A stretch of DNA of 60,033 bases, filler included, from Sphacelaria rigidula (GCA_964200075.2; 9 parts of 9 records of this genome joined end to end with filler, not necessarily neighbours in it); one strand, 5' to 3'; positions 24,150 to 37,560 are shown, counted from the first letter of the whole stretch. Numbers and translations are program-made. The notes: generated from the sequence alone by a model not told the origin.

Positions 24150-24930
24150 CATCTGACGATTGATGATGGCTGATCGTTTATGATCGTTTATGATCGACTG
24201 TTGATTGTGGGTCGTGAGGCAGGTGTGTCGATCTAAGGTTGATCCGTTGATCGTGGGTCGCTTATGATGAGTTTTGGTCATCGGTCGAGGGCCGATCTTG
24301 GTTCGACGATCGATGCTTGATATGGTTGACTGAATGATTTCGGTCGTCAGACTCGGGGCCAATGGTTGATGTGGTGAGCATGGTCGGGGACAGCGTTGGG
24401 TTGTTGTTAGATGGTTGGGTTGTGGTTGATCGCTTGTCGATGATCGATGATTGGTCATGGTCGTGAGGTGGATTGATCATTGGTGGATTCGAGCATGAAC
24501 GGCAACGGTGTTGTTTTATTGCTCAGTGGTTGATTGATCATGGTGGACGATCGTGTTAGTTGTTGATCGATGTTGATCACGGCTGATGATTGGACGATCT
24601 ACGATTTCCATGGCCGCAAGATCATTGGTTGGTGTTTTATTTGTTGCAGGATGAGGTGTGCGTGCTGGGAATCGATTGGTGGTTGGTCATGGTCGCGGAA
24701 GGTGTTGGTTATCGGTCGATGGTGAATTGCGGTTGATGTTGGACGATCGACGATTAGTTATGTTCGTGAGGTTGTTCGGTGGTTGATGTGTTCGATCATG
24801 GTTGGGGACGGTACGTGTTTTGGATCGGCAGGTGATCACCATGGGACCGTGATGATCGTGGGGTCGGTATGTCTTGTTGGTCGATACTGTGATGCTGTTG
24901 GTTGACGATTGGTCATGGTTGTGACGTCAT
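24150..24930 (+). repeat. Strand-biased low-complexity GATCG/TGGTT region
   Basis: Dense repeats of GATCG, TTGAT and TGGTCATGGT; G/T-rich plus strand. Confidence 0.8.
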
Positions 24931-25730
24931 TTGTTAATTGAAACGTTGGGAGACGATTGTGCTCGAAGTCTCTGCAACTTATCGTACGGCAGCAGTATCT
25001 CTCTCAAGTCTCCCCTACCCCCCGCGTCTTGTCTGTACGGTGTGATTGATCTGCACTGCAGCCTTTTCTCTTTCCTTCTTTGGTTTTGGTCCCGCACCGT
25101 GTGCGAAACAAAACATGAAAGGACATTGAAGGCACGTCGAGAAGCGCAGAGTTCACGTTTCCGACATGAGATAAATATTTTGTCAATGATGGCGAAAGTA
25201 GGGGAGGCTACTATGGGGGTATTTGCGACACATGTACCGTAAGTTCCAATGGTGGATTCAAGTACTGGTCCCGATATAGTGCGATCGATCACGAAGTTCT
25301 GTGGTGGTTTTGATGTGGTTGTCGTAGTTGTTCCGTGCTATTTGTTTTGGTCGTTATTGATGTAGTCGTGAAGTAGGTGTTGTCATTGCGGGCCTTCGAA
25401 CAGCCGAAGAAACGCGATCTCTGCTGTTAGAGTCGGGGTAGTCAAGCACGGGTATTGTTCTATGATTTGAAGTGTAGTTTTATTTGTGACCAGTACGGTA
25501 GGTTTTAGTCAGTGGGTTCATAGTAGCTACCGCCCCTGACAGGGGTAATGAAAAACAGTCAACCTCGATATTGTGTACCGACTAGCGACGCCGAACCGAG
25601 ACTCTGTCTTGGCAAGAAACCCGTTGAGCTCCATGTTTTGTGGTCATTTTGCTGTGTAGCTGTGGAAATATTGGTCTGTAACATCGTCACTTGTGCTATC
25701 CCCCGTCATCTAGGCTGCTGGTTGAGTACC

Positions 25731-25970
25731 TTTTTTTTTTCTCCTCACACTTTAACCCCTCACCCCTTCCTCGGGATGACTCCGTGGTCTCAAGAGATCA
25801 AACCGTTTCTCCCCCGGTACGTACCTTTAATTTTGATCTCGCGGATTGAATCAGCATCCCCGCACCGCGTCAAATCACGTCACACAAACCCAGTCGACTT
25901 CTTCAGTTTACTCACGTTCTCACGCTTTTCACCGTGGAAATAATACATTACGAAGAAAAAACCCAACGCA
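25731..25970 (-). mobile_element. SINE-like family B copy lacking the tRNA head
   Basis: Reverse complement of 6757-6995, including the poly-A tail (T10 on plus). Confidence 0.85.
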
Positions 25971-26003
25971 TGATTCCCCCCCCTCAAAAAAGGGAGGAAA
26001 ATT

Positions 26004-26158
26004 ACGGTTTCGGTCAGCGCTGTAAGCTGACAGAGTCGGTGAATTGCGCTGAAAAAGTATCTACGCAATCGAGGGGCACTAGGCCGACAAAAACGTCATC
26101 GGGCACCATCGCTGAAAGNNNNNNNNNNGGAAAGCACTGTCTTAGGCTTGAACCTCAT
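26004..26158 (+). repeat. Interspersed repeat family C
   Basis: ACGGTTTCGGTCAGCGCTGTAAGC...AAGTATCTACGC...GGGCACCATCGCTGAAAG...GAACCTCAT; copies at 40119-40290 and 53453-53625. Confidence 0.88.
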
Positions 26159-26628
26159 CTCGGAGTTAAACCTCAATTCGCACAATTTGTTGTTATTTGT
26201 CAATACCTACCAATATCAATATCAATATCGGATATTGATAAGGTAAATAGATGTCTGACTAAGGTTACGTGTGAACGCTCCCGTGCAAGCGGGACAAGTA
26301 GACCTACTCTTGAAACGTTACATTGAAGAAACCCCTTCATCTTCACGTCACCCTGCGACATTTTTTCATTTTCGAAAGCTTGATGAGATAGTGCAATAGT
26401 TTTCCGTCATCGTTCACGTTCGACGAGGGCGACATTCGACCTTTGACGGAAGCACTCAATGCCTGAAAGTGCGCGCGTGATAGGCAATACACGGAGCCCT
26501 GATGGTGGATCTGACACTTTGATCCTGCACAACGGAAATTTGTGCAGTTGCTTTCGAAGTTGTTACATTGTGCACTCCCGCCCCCGCCCCGGCTTGCGGG
26601 GGGGGGGGGGCGTACTCATTTGTTGCTT

Positions 26629-26728
26629 NNNNNNNNNNNNNNNNNNNNNNNNNNNNNNNNNNNNNNNNNNNNTTAATTAATTAANNNNNNNNNNNNNNNN
26701 NNNNNNNNNNNNNNNNNNNNNNNNNNNN
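26629..26728. other. Artificial contig linker
   Basis: N44-TTAATTAATTAA-N44. Confidence 0.99.
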
Positions 26729-27409
26729 AGCATACCCATGCCGCTGGAAGCAACGCTCTTGCCACTCACCGGGTGTATTGAGAAGTTTCCACTTGCTCAG
26801 TTGCTTCCACACATTGTAGCGATAGTCTTATGCACTCCTCACATTCTTCTGTTCGATGGTGCTGCGGCGTTAGCTGATGATGTGATGTGCAACTAGGCGC
26901 ACGGTCTGCGGTGCTTGCCGCATGCGATTGTCATGTTTTAACAGTCCCAACTGCACCGTCTGTGGGTTACAGCTGACTTACTTTTTATTATTTGTATATG
27001 TATCAAAGTATAGGAATATCGGAACAGAAAAAGTGCACTACCTATGTATAATGTCATAGGCTTTGTTGCGCGGTGAGTGCGTGCGTATTGGGGCGAAAAT
27101 ATAGTGTCATATCCTGTTCCGAATTTGTCTCTTGTTTCTTTTGGGGTAAGACTGTAGGGTTGGGGCCAGTGTTGAGGTTCGGGTCAGGGGCGTGGCCCCT
27201 GCAGGACTGGTCCGAATGGTTTTTGAAAAATGTCGATCCTGACCAAGGATGTCGATTACCTGTGCACCCGTAATTACCGGTAACACCTATGGGGGGCAGG
27301 TAATACATATTTTGGCGGTAATAAGGGTGAGGGTCCCAAATTTTGGTCGCATCCACGGGCTCCACATTTTGCTCGCAGCGTTGCAAAGCTGTGACGAGCA
27401 TGGCGAGGG

Positions 27410-27660
27410 TGTTCATGTGAACAGGTACACTGAGTGAGCATGCACACGTGCGGATAGATTAATGCGGACGGGCGGGTACTAGTAGTCGAGTGTGTGTGAC
27501 TACAGCACCCTGCTCACGGCAGCTACGACGTTGCCAGCTGAGCCCACTCAACATCTGATCCCTCAGTCATAGGGTCGACTCAGTCTAGGCACTCTCCAAA
27601 TAATACAAAAGATAAACTATCTATCCTTCGCCACGGGCCACGGAATACACTAGTGTTACA
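27410..27660 (+). mobile_element. Probable 5' LTR of the Copia element
   Basis: TGTTCA...GTTACA segment immediately upstream of the gag start; no second LTR is available to confirm it. Confidence 0.4.
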
Positions 27661-27675
27661 ACCGATTGGGCAGAA

Positions 27676-29227
27676 TGGCGGAACAAGGTGATAGGCCTGC
27701 TACAGTTAGGGGTGAGCAGGGTGTTACTGAGGAGTTGCGAGAAGTATGTAGTCAGATCAGTTCCTTGGCTCAGCTCATGCGTGATATGCAGCTAAGCCAA
27801 AGTACATTACAGAGTAACATGGACAGTATGAGGTTAGAAAGAGAGGTCGGAGGCGCAGAAAACAACGGTGTCCTCGATAGTAAAGGTTCCCATAGTTAAC
27901 AGGGGGAATTCAACATAAATAGAACAGTAGAGCGACGCGGTGCTGGAGTTCGAAGGGAGCGACGGTACATCGGGAGCCAAGCTGTTCCAGAGGACGGAGC
28001 GCGCGACACAATGGACAACGAGGCCACTAGTGACGAAGCTAGGGGCTTTGCCCCCGCACGTGAGGCAACCCAAATAAACGATACAAGTGGAAATGTGTCA
28101 GGGGCTCCCGCTTTTCGACAGAACGTCCCAAAACTTTCAGGGAAGAGCGCTGATTATGCTCGGTACAGGCATGAGCTGGTCAACTTTATAAGGGGCGGCG
28201 GAATTGCCTGGGTGTTCACCATGGCCGGCAATAGTTCTTACGATGTAGATGTCGGTAATCCTGAGATGGAAATGGGGTATCTGGAGAGCAGACATGGGAA
28301 GGACACAGTGGCAGCCAACCGTAAGGGCCAGACGAATGCTTGTAGCTAGTTTAGAAGGAAGGAGTAAGAAATAGATTTTGCTTAGAACCCACTCACCTGC
28401 TGCGATTTGGAGAAAACTCGAGGATGTCTTTCGCCCCAAAACAAATGGGACGAGAACCGCTTTGTTGGAAAAGTTCGATGGGGTCAAGATTGGTGTCCGT
28501 TATGATCCAGAGCAGAAGCTGCTCGAGATGGAGGAACTTGCACGTAACCTGAATTCATTCGAGGAGCATGAACGACTGAGCGGAAACCATATTCTCTTGA
28601 AATTCCTCAACGCGTTGCCCTTCGAGTATCACATTCAGAAGCAATTGCTCGAGGATCGAGAGGGACCGCTGACACGGGAGGTTGTGTTGACTTCGACCCG
28701 AAAGCGCTTCGAATCAACATCTTTGAACCAGGAACTTGCCCGGGAAAGGAAGTCATCCCCGGGCGACCAGGCTCTCCTTGCCAGAGGAGGGACCGGGAAA
28801 CCGGGCGGTGCGCACCGCAAGGGAAAACTGGAAAAACCCCAGGGCTCTGGTCAGAAAAACGGCGGTAGCCAGAGTTCAAGTAGCTCTGGGTCTGTATCGT
28901 CGGACGGCAAACCGGCGACTGGGCAGCTGCTCCGCTGCCACATTTGCAACGAGAACACGACGCATCGAGCCAGGAACTGCCCGAAGTGATCCTGCGGGAG
29001 GTGCGGTCAGCAGGGGCAAACGTTCTGCGACTGCCCGAGATCGACAGAGAAGAAAGGAGACGCGGTGATGGCGACGGGCGCGGCCGACGACAGTGGCAGC
29101 TTCTCCGCTTGTTGGGTGATGGATGGGGAGGCTTTCACCTCTCTTGACACCACCATCAACGGCGACACAGGCGAGTATGCATTGAGTGTTGAGCGGGGGG
29201 GTGATAGTCAGCAGGGTGAGGGCGAAC
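27676..29227 (+). pseudogene. gag: Ty1/Copia gag (UBN2-type) with two zinc knuckles, disrupted
   Basis: SPAAIWRKLEDVFRPKTNGTRTALLEKF...ILLKFLNALPFEYHIQKQLL, then CHICNENTTHRARNCPK*SCGRCGQQGQTFCDCP. Several stops; interrupted at 29228 before any protease motif. Confidence 0.88.
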
Positions 29228-31564
29228 TGTAGACTTCTGTCACTCAAGATCAGATTGTCATGTGGACTCCTCCCATCACGGGCACATGGACTTCAGCAGC
29301 TTTAGTTATTTATGTATTGACCATCAACATAGTACAGGAGAACAGGACCATAACCTCTCTCCACCAGAGTAGCAAAACCGGCTCTACTCGGCATGGAGGT
29401 CATCATCACAGAGTCCGGCAATCAGACCCGCAACTCCACCTACAAAGTCCCTGACCTTAGGTGACAATGCTGGCTAGGTCTACAGCACCCTCAAAGCTCT
29501 CTACTACCAACAAGTAGTTACATCAGAGCTTGACAAACTCAGACATCATTGGTGCCTGATAGTAACGTCGTTTCCGCAAAGAATAGCAATCTCTTCCGCT
29601 GCTTTCGACAACAGCTCCATACAAGCTTGCCCCACTCCCCAACAACTTGCAAGAGATTCTAAGAAAATACCGTCCATCATGAACATGCAATCACGCTACT
29701 CGCACCACTTCGAGTTACAAAGCGATAGCTAGCGCCGAATTCTCAAGCCTTTGCCCAAAACAAATCTCTTGACTCTTCATCGGTACGAAACTGGAAATGT
29801 CAGCGAACGTCGAATTCCAGAGCATTCGTGACTCATCATCCCTCTCATCCGAGAAAACATACTTCTCAACATACAAAATGCACTCTTTGTACGTTCAACA
29901 CCTGCGCAACGAAGTGCAACAGCCAAATGATACGTTATCCTCACGCTAGGAGGAAATAAGCACCCAACACGTCTCAAACGCACCTGGCCTCTTGCTTCTG
30001 CAACACCGTAAAAACGTATGCATCGCATGCCTCCCTGCCGTCAAAGCTTCAATGATTCAATTTGCCATAATTTTATTCAGACAATCAAAGGAAAGCCATG
30101 ATTCAAACCGCTATTCAAGTCAGGCATACTAATCCAACGACGGCGAACGGACCTCGACTTCCGCCATCATTGATCACTCCTCGTGATTTCGTTTTCGAAC
30201 TTATGGACGCATCATCCACACGCTCCTTCTGACATAAACGAAAAACCAACCACGTGCTCGTTCAAACACGTCACATTCCATACAAAAACGTGCCACGGCC
30301 AAAGATCATTGATGCATGCGCGCATAAGGCCTTTATCTTCAACCGCCGGAAGCAGTCACGTCATAACTGCACACACACGACGAGCCTACGCATTTCGTAT
30401 ATTCCAGCTCATTTTCACGCTAACAGCAGATGTCACCGTCTCCTACAGTCGGTACGATCCTACGCATTTCGTAGTTTTTGGCTCATTTTCAAGCGAACAG
30501 CCGCAATCCATATATCCTGCAGTCAGTACATGCAAACCGCACAAATATGATCCGACTGTGTTCCTGCGCGAACAAGATTATACGAACTTCTCTTCATTTA
30601 GCATACAGCAGTATATTGAAAACTACCCCACGCTAGGTCGTCACCAGATACCATGCATATCAGTACCATTTGAGCGAAAATTCGCACATGCCTGCCAAAT
30701 TTCCACTCAGCATATGAAATCCGCACATACATGTCAATATTTCACTCAGCACATGCAATGCCACCTTCCTCGCAGCAAATGCCATGCATCGTCCGCGCCA
30801 ACCACATCAGCACAACACACACATGCCACATATCCCCGTGTACGCCAGAGCTTTACCCTGCACACGCGATACGATCATACTCGCTCAACAACCATGTTTT
30901 ATGCGCGAACATGACCACAAACCACACAATAACAAGCTTAAATCATTCTCATAACGATTCGCGAATACCAGTCAAACGTTTCTTCTCATTCTCAACAAGC
31001 ACTCAATCACCACAGCACTTGCTCCTCAACATCAGCACCCAACTCGGCGCTCACCACAACAGCAAACACCTCAGGTAATGCCTTCTTTGTAGTCCTCCAG
31101 CCCGCTCCTGAGAAACAGCAGCACTCGAACCACGACCCCGTGCACAGCGTAGAGCATCCTTTCCTCTCGGACACTCCCTCCTTGCACCTTCAGTCTAGCT
31201 ACACCTGGCACCCCATGGTGTAGCTCAACACGCCTCTAAAAGGTGTATTCGCACCGCCAAACCAATGCGACGAATCCTCTGCCTCCACAGATACTTGGGC
31301 AGTACTGAACACCTGTGCTTCAGTCAGGTTTACAGAGGAAACCAGAGGCGAAACGGGAACAGCTGCACAGTCCTGAACAGCAACACCTCCTGATGGCACA
31401 CTATCCTCCTCAAACACCCCGCGGCGAAATAGTGAAGACACGTCCGCCATCGCCGCCAAATACGCCAAAGATGTCCATGTAAACAGCATTGCACACGACC
31501 ACCCCAACACCACGCGACGCTCGTCGTCGTCGTCAGAATAGTGGTCGCTAATAGCATCACGAGC

Positions 31565-32080
31565 TTGTAGCTCGCTCTGCGTACCCGCTTCACACGGGTC
31601 ACACGCCCCTGTTGTTTTGATCATACAAGGTGTGTCCACAGCTATGCACTGCTCCGGCGGCAATTCCTCCAACCCGGCATCCACCTGTCTTCCAAGCAGA
31701 CACCCCTGCGAATCATCTGAAGGATCTCCCGCCCTGTCACTGGCGCAGATAGATTCACCATGAGTACGGCAAGCCCTAAGCTCACCCTGCGCGCTCGCCG
31801 TACGCGAATAACACCCCCTGCAGCTTCGAGCATGCAAGCAGTATCTCCAGCTACGCGCTGCTCCGGCGGTAATTCCGTCAACCCGGCATCCACCTGTCCT
31901 TCAAGCCAAAACCCCTGCGAATCATCTGAACGATCTCCCGCCCTGTCACTGGCGCAGATAGATTCACCATGAGCACGGCAAGCCCCAAGCTCACTCTGCT
32001 CGCTCGCCATACGCGAATAACACCCCCTGAAGCTTCAAGCATGCAAGGAGTATCTCCAGCTACGCGCTGCTCCGGCGGCA
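31565..32080. repeat. 209-bp tandem repeat (~2.5 copies) inside the nested LTR element
   Basis: GCTCCGGCGG anchor at 31651, 31860 and 32069; flanking sequence is highly similar. Confidence 0.9.
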
Positions 32081-32129
32081 ACAAGCGACTGGGACTTCCG
32101 CCCACTAGTACTTGCTCATTGACCCATGT

Positions 32130-32620
32130 AGGCCCCGCTCTCTCAACATCGCCAGCAGCAGCAGCAGTATCACCCGTACTCGCTACAGCCGCCACTTTGT
32201 GTCCGGCTTGCTCCTTGTCGGCAATAGCGGCAACGCGTCTAGCACTCTCGTGCCTGCGCACTCGGACAGGCCTATGTTGTGTCGCCTTCTTGCCCGTCAA
32301 AATCTCGTGCCTGTCCCCACCGCCGCCGACCTTCACACTATCTTGCACCACACTCGGCGATGCATAAGATGCATGCTTGCGCAGCGCAAAGAGCATTTCC
32401 TCTTGCCTAACATCATTCGCACCATCCAAAAATGTGTGACATATACCGCTCTCGATATGTGCGGGCATGAGGTCAGAGACCGCTGGTTCCTCAACAACAT
32501 CCCAGCGTGCTTGACGCTCGTTCGTTGCGTGCACCTCACGAAGGTAGTCCTCATACTTCCGCAGAAACTAAGCAGATTTTTCACTCTAGAACTTGCGACC
32601 GTAGTAGGGCATATCTAGAA
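32130..32620 (-). pseudogene. Gag-like N-terminal domain remnant
   Basis: MPYYGRKF*SEKSA*FLRKYEDYLREVHATNERQ...LMPAHIESGIC...EEMLFALRKHA aligns by eye with the plus-strand ORF at 37561. Confidence 0.55.
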
Positions 32621-33309
32621 ATCGTACACGGACAGCGCGACGATCGATGACAACATATTGTTGAGGCGCACGAACAACACGGCCGTCCACCGCGACATAC
32701 TCCTGCACCTCGTACATTTCGGTCAGCAAGCAGTACAGCACTCTAGACGCCTTTTTGAAAAGCGAAGTCGCCTCCCACTCACAGGAACAACAACTCTCTC
32801 CTTTTACCGAGACACGCTGTACAACCTTACAACAACAATGGCCAGAGCGCCTCTTCATCGCTCAGGCCTGACCACGTGTTTGAAGTCCTTAGACTCCTCT
32901 TCCTGGCCGTACCTGGCCAACCTTGGAACAAGCAACTCTCGCTGGCCCCACCAGGCAGTAATTTCGCCGCTTTTCTGGAACATCCACGGGCTCGCCAGCT
33001 GTCGGTCAACCCCCCGCACCTCTCGCACGAGCGAAACCATAGCCCACCCTAGCACTGCCTTGGAACCTCCTCGGCTCTACTTCTCCCACTCCTCGCGCCG
33101 TTAAGACGCCTTGAGCTGGTCTTGTTTTCTGCAAACTGATCAGGCCTGCAGACTTCCCTATCTTGAAGTGTCAGCTGCTTTTTAGCGGACCTACCTCCTC
33201 AGCGGAGTTATTGAACGTTCATTGTAGACTTCTCTCACTCAAGATCAGATTGCCATGTGGACTCCTCCCATCACGGGCACATGGACTTCAGCAGCTTTAG
33301 TTATTTATG

Positions 33310-33409
33310 NNNNNNNNNNNNNNNNNNNNNNNNNNNNNNNNNNNNNNNNNNNNTTAATTAATTAANNNNNNNNNNNNNNNNNNNNNNNNNNNNNNNNNNN
33401 NNNNNNNNN
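33310..33409. other. Artificial contig linker
   Basis: N44-TTAATTAATTAA-N44. Confidence 0.99.
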
Positions 33410-34687
33410 CATCATGTAATCACTACGTAGTACGATCATTCCCATTGTGCGGAGTTGAGGTTCTCCCACGCCGCACAACATGATCTAGCTCGACTACCAC
33501 CATGGTTACCGCAAAAAAACGCAAGCGGCGCAAAACAATCGATAACATGGTTGCCTAGCTCACGCAATGAGTGGCGTGTTTTACAGCGTCATAGTCAACC
33601 GACGCCAACCCCATCGGGGATCCGCCCCTACAAAGCCGATACGGAGCACGCCGGGTTCTCGCCGGACGAGGCTGAACCCTCGGGTAAGGGGGTGCAAAGT
33701 GTTCTCTGGGCATATTGTGCGTTGCCAAACCTCAAATCGACAAAGAAGCGTTTTGCGCACGCTAGGAGCACGCTTGGAGCACAGCCCCAGTAAAGATCCA
33801 GATTTCGCTGTCCACCCTAAAATCAAGTCGAAGTGAAACTCAACCATAGCACCCTCTCAAGTGGTAAACTATACTGCACAGGTGATCGTATTTATATGAA
33901 AGTTGCATTATTCCTCTGCACTTAACGTTGTGGAATCCTACAGATCCTCTCAATCATCCGAAGAACCTTTTTTCCATTTATACTGTATCCAGCTCAAAAC
34001 ATTGATCGTGTGTTCACTTCTCAAAAGCGGTCATAAGAAACAACAGAACCCATTCCCTGCCTTCTCCTGAAGAACATTTGTAGATATTAATATCCGAATA
34101 TCTGGGCACAGATACAGTACCCGCCCTTAATTCAGTGCTCCGGTGGGAAATTAGTACATGCAATACCAAACACAGCAATCTTTCAGCTAGCTGTACAGCG
34201 CGGACAAGTGCCGCCAGAGCAACTTACAATGCTCATGCTGTTCAGACGGGGTCGTACTGCCATGTATCACCTGTCAATTACGCATACACATACGACTCGT
34301 TTCTCATCAGTTTCAGTTTATCCTCGTCTGGTTGACCAAGTCCAGTCAGCCAAAACATGTTTTCGCAGTTGCACCGGATACACCCATGATCAGTGTACAT
34401 GACGCATCATCAGCAGCAAACGAGATGATGAAGTAAGTATAAATTGACCATGAGGTTGTTTTACGCTCTGCCCGAGCGTCCCTTCTGCTTGAACAACTCC
34501 ACTACGCTCTGAACTCAAGTGTGGGTTTTCCTCTGATCAACGCCTGCGTGACGGCATCTCACCTCACCATTCAGAGAGATAATGCATCATCGCTTATTAC
34601 ACACGTCTTAGGGACATTTTTGGTTGGCCCTTACGCCGACTATCTGTTGATTCGCGTATTTCTTAATTTTGAATCCGTCTCGACCTT

Positions 34688-35880
34688 GATTGATTGATGA
34701 TTGATTGTCGCACTTTAACTGACCACCCATGGGTCCAGCCGTGGTCCCATGATAGACGTACCCAAGGCAAAACTGAAACACTCGTTCGAGAAAAGGAAGG
34801 AGCAGAAAAAATTCGAACAGAACGACGTAGTAGACTAAGACGTAAAGAAAAAAAGGAAATAAAGAAACTACTTATGAGAACAATATCACAACGAATTCCA
34901 AGTATTCCCGAGAAAGTCCCACTTTTGATTCCTCGCGATAGTTGGAGTCCACCCTTCGTCAGACGACAGACTATTAGTCACGGTGCGCACCAGGTCAAGT
35001 CCCATCAGCTCCTCCAATCGTGTGTCCATTGCTTCTCCCGTCTCCTATCCGAGGTAATTTGCGCATTTACGTGTCACTCGAGACTACCAAACCACACATG
35101 AGCGGGCTCCCATAGACATATCATATCAAACATGACTTCCAAACACTCCCTGCCGACGAACCGTCCGCCCAGAATATATCACCTCTAACATGAGCCAAAC
35201 CCAGCTCCCAACCGAGACATGGACGAGCCCACAAAACCATCCCAAACTCGTTTAAGAGTTTTCACTTGCATGCACGATATCCCTTCCCACTACGCGTGAT
35301 ACAGTCTTGCATGTCTGTAGCGTCGTGACTTACCGCAAGTCCAGCGATCTTTCCCTTTTCTGTCGCCTGCGCCAAAGACGCAAAAACCGACCTACAGACA
35401 CCATTTTTCTGCAGCGTCTAGATGCGGTAACAGGTCCACAGAAGCCGATTCCATGGCCGTTTCCGGTGCTTCTTCCGTCGATTCCGCTGGTTCTTCCTTT
35501 CCCGCCTATGTAAACTCCTAGACTTCTGTGGCCACAATGCCACCTTTAGCTCGCTTGTCGCCAAGCCTCTAGTAGGACGACCCGCTCCCTTCTCCCTCTG
35601 GAAAAGTTCATCCCGTCTCCGTCTAAATGAGATTTGGTCTTGTTTTCCCAACCCGCAATCGGTGTTGCATCGTCCCAGCTGCATTTCTCCGTTACAGTAG
35701 CTGCACGTGCTGAACAGTATCTTCACCCGCACCAGCACCCACGAATCCAACTCTGGACACTGCCACAGTGCCTCCATTAGTATCATGGATAAGCTGGCCT
35801 CTGTCGGAAAGTCCTGCTCTGTGATGGCCGGGCACCCCTCAACTCATGCGAGCACGTACTACACAGACTGCGCCATCAAA
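34688..35880 (-). mobile_element. Degenerate LINE 3' portion
   Basis: (TGAT)n tail at ~34688-34706, 3' sequence shared with 20795-20930, and a minus-strand GAGEDTVQHV remnant resembling the LINE C-terminal Zn-binding motif. Confidence 0.4.
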
Positions 35881-36485
35881 CCACACCTTTTAGAGCTCGG
35901 GAATGGTACCAGCTATAACTGAGCATTATCATTATAATGGTATAATAATGGTCCACAACTCGACGGGACAATATCTCCTTCGACATAGCTCCGAGAATAT
36001 CTATAGACCCCCCCGCTCCGTTCCAGGAATAATCATGCCTCCGGCTTGCTTCAGAGAATGTCCCCCGACGAACAATAAGCTGTCCTCTCGGGTCGTTGTC
36101 CATCCTGTCTCCGGAGTAATAGCCATACTCCAACTCGAGGCGGTGTCTCTCCCGACACCCCCTCGACGTCAGATCTCCACTTGACCCTTTCGTCTCTCTC
36201 CACACAAGAAGGAACTGTCTAGGCACGTCCCACGGCAAAGTGGCTCTCGAGACTACTTCTCCCACACCAAGGGGTAGTAGCCTTAGTAATGGTGGTATGA
36301 ACAAACTGGATACTGGTTTCAAAACAGTGTTTACCACTACCGTCTACATAAGTACATACGGCAGGCGGCTATAACAGATACTTCGTAGTACACAAGATAT
36401 CTGTAGCAGCAGTCCTGGGCTGAAGGACACACTCCAGCTCACACAGGGACGCAGAGGATACGCCAGAGCGCAAATCCCGCCCACC

Positions 36486-36890
36486 ATGGCGACCATCGGC
36501 GATGTACTCGGCGCAGAAAATCACAGCAGCGACGCTACAGATCACGCGAGTGCGAAAGAGTCTGAGTCGGCACCAGCGCAGCCACCGGGGAGGACTCCCG
36601 CTCAGGAAAAGGTACACCGACTCAAGACTTGGGACAAGATGAAGCCCACGAGGGAGACCGGTAGGCGATGGGTGGAAGGGTTCCTCAAAATATATACCCA
36701 CGGTCGCCTTCCTGAGTTTGCAATATGTATTCTGTGCCTCAAATAGCATCGTTGGGCGGGCGCCGAGATTAAATGCGGGAAGAACAAAGCGTCCGGAAAC
36801 CTCCTCACACATCTCGAATCTACTACACTGGAGGGGCACAAAGATGCTTGGCGAGTGTGGAAGGGGTTGCCACCAGCGGGGCCAGCAGAA
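36486..36890 (+). pseudogene. hAT transposase N-terminus with BED zinc finger
   Basis: RRWVEGFLKIY...FAICILCLK*...IKCGKNKASGNLLTHLESTTLEGH (W-F-CxxC...NLxxHL...H). Confidence 0.7.
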
Positions 36891-37560
36891 ACAGCGGGAT
36901 CAGCAGAACCATCAAGCAAAACTGTCGAAAGCGATGGAGCAAATACCACTTCGCAGTCGGCGCTCACCCAATCCTTCAAGTTTGAAGCTCCGTCCTGTGA
37001 CAAAATTACGCCGTTACGTTGAGTTGGTAGTGATGATCTGGATAATGACCGGGGACACGGCGATTCTGGGAGGATTCTGGGAGGATTCTGAATAATGACC
37101 GGGGACACGGGGATGATACCCTGACGAGTCTATGAGGCTGTGCCTGCAAGGGCACTCCGGATAATGAAATGTTGTAAAGGATGACAACTGAAATTGAGGG
37201 CAGTGAGACTGGGGAATCCCCCAAACAGCAGTGATCCAGCAGTTCTTCTTCTGGCTGGCGTCACAATATCAATATTGTGCTAGTACCTGACGGAACCTGC
37301 TGGAAGAATTTCGGCGGAAGAGTCTGGAAGCTGGGGACAACCTGATTCATCACAGACGCGTGGAGGGGGTTCACGCTGAGGTAGCTGCAGAAAGGCGGCT
37401 GTCCTGTGATTGATCCAGACTGGAGACTTGCTGAAGCTGCGTGCAGCGGGAGTTTGGAGGCTCCTACGACTGTGTGGTGCGGCGACGCAGGAAGGGTGAA
37501 ATGTGCAATTCGCGACGGTCCGCTGGCCTGCGAAAGGTTCGTAGGTAGCCGGCTGCTGCT

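Larger units (their letters stand above)
29228..33309 (-). mobile_element. Nested non-autonomous LTR retroelement (gag-like remnant only)
   Basis: Near-identical direct repeats start TGTAGACTTCT at 29228 and at 33223 (the second is cut by the contig end). The first LTR is bounded TGTAGAC...GTCTACA (29228-29484) and followed by a PPT-like tract on the minus strand (29485-29508). No RT or integrase motifs seen in the ~3.7-kb interior. Confidence 0.8.

Noticed and set aside
30183..30914. 243-aa His/Thr-rich ORF
   Set aside because: Arises from C/A-skewed non-coding LTR-element interior; no domain signature.
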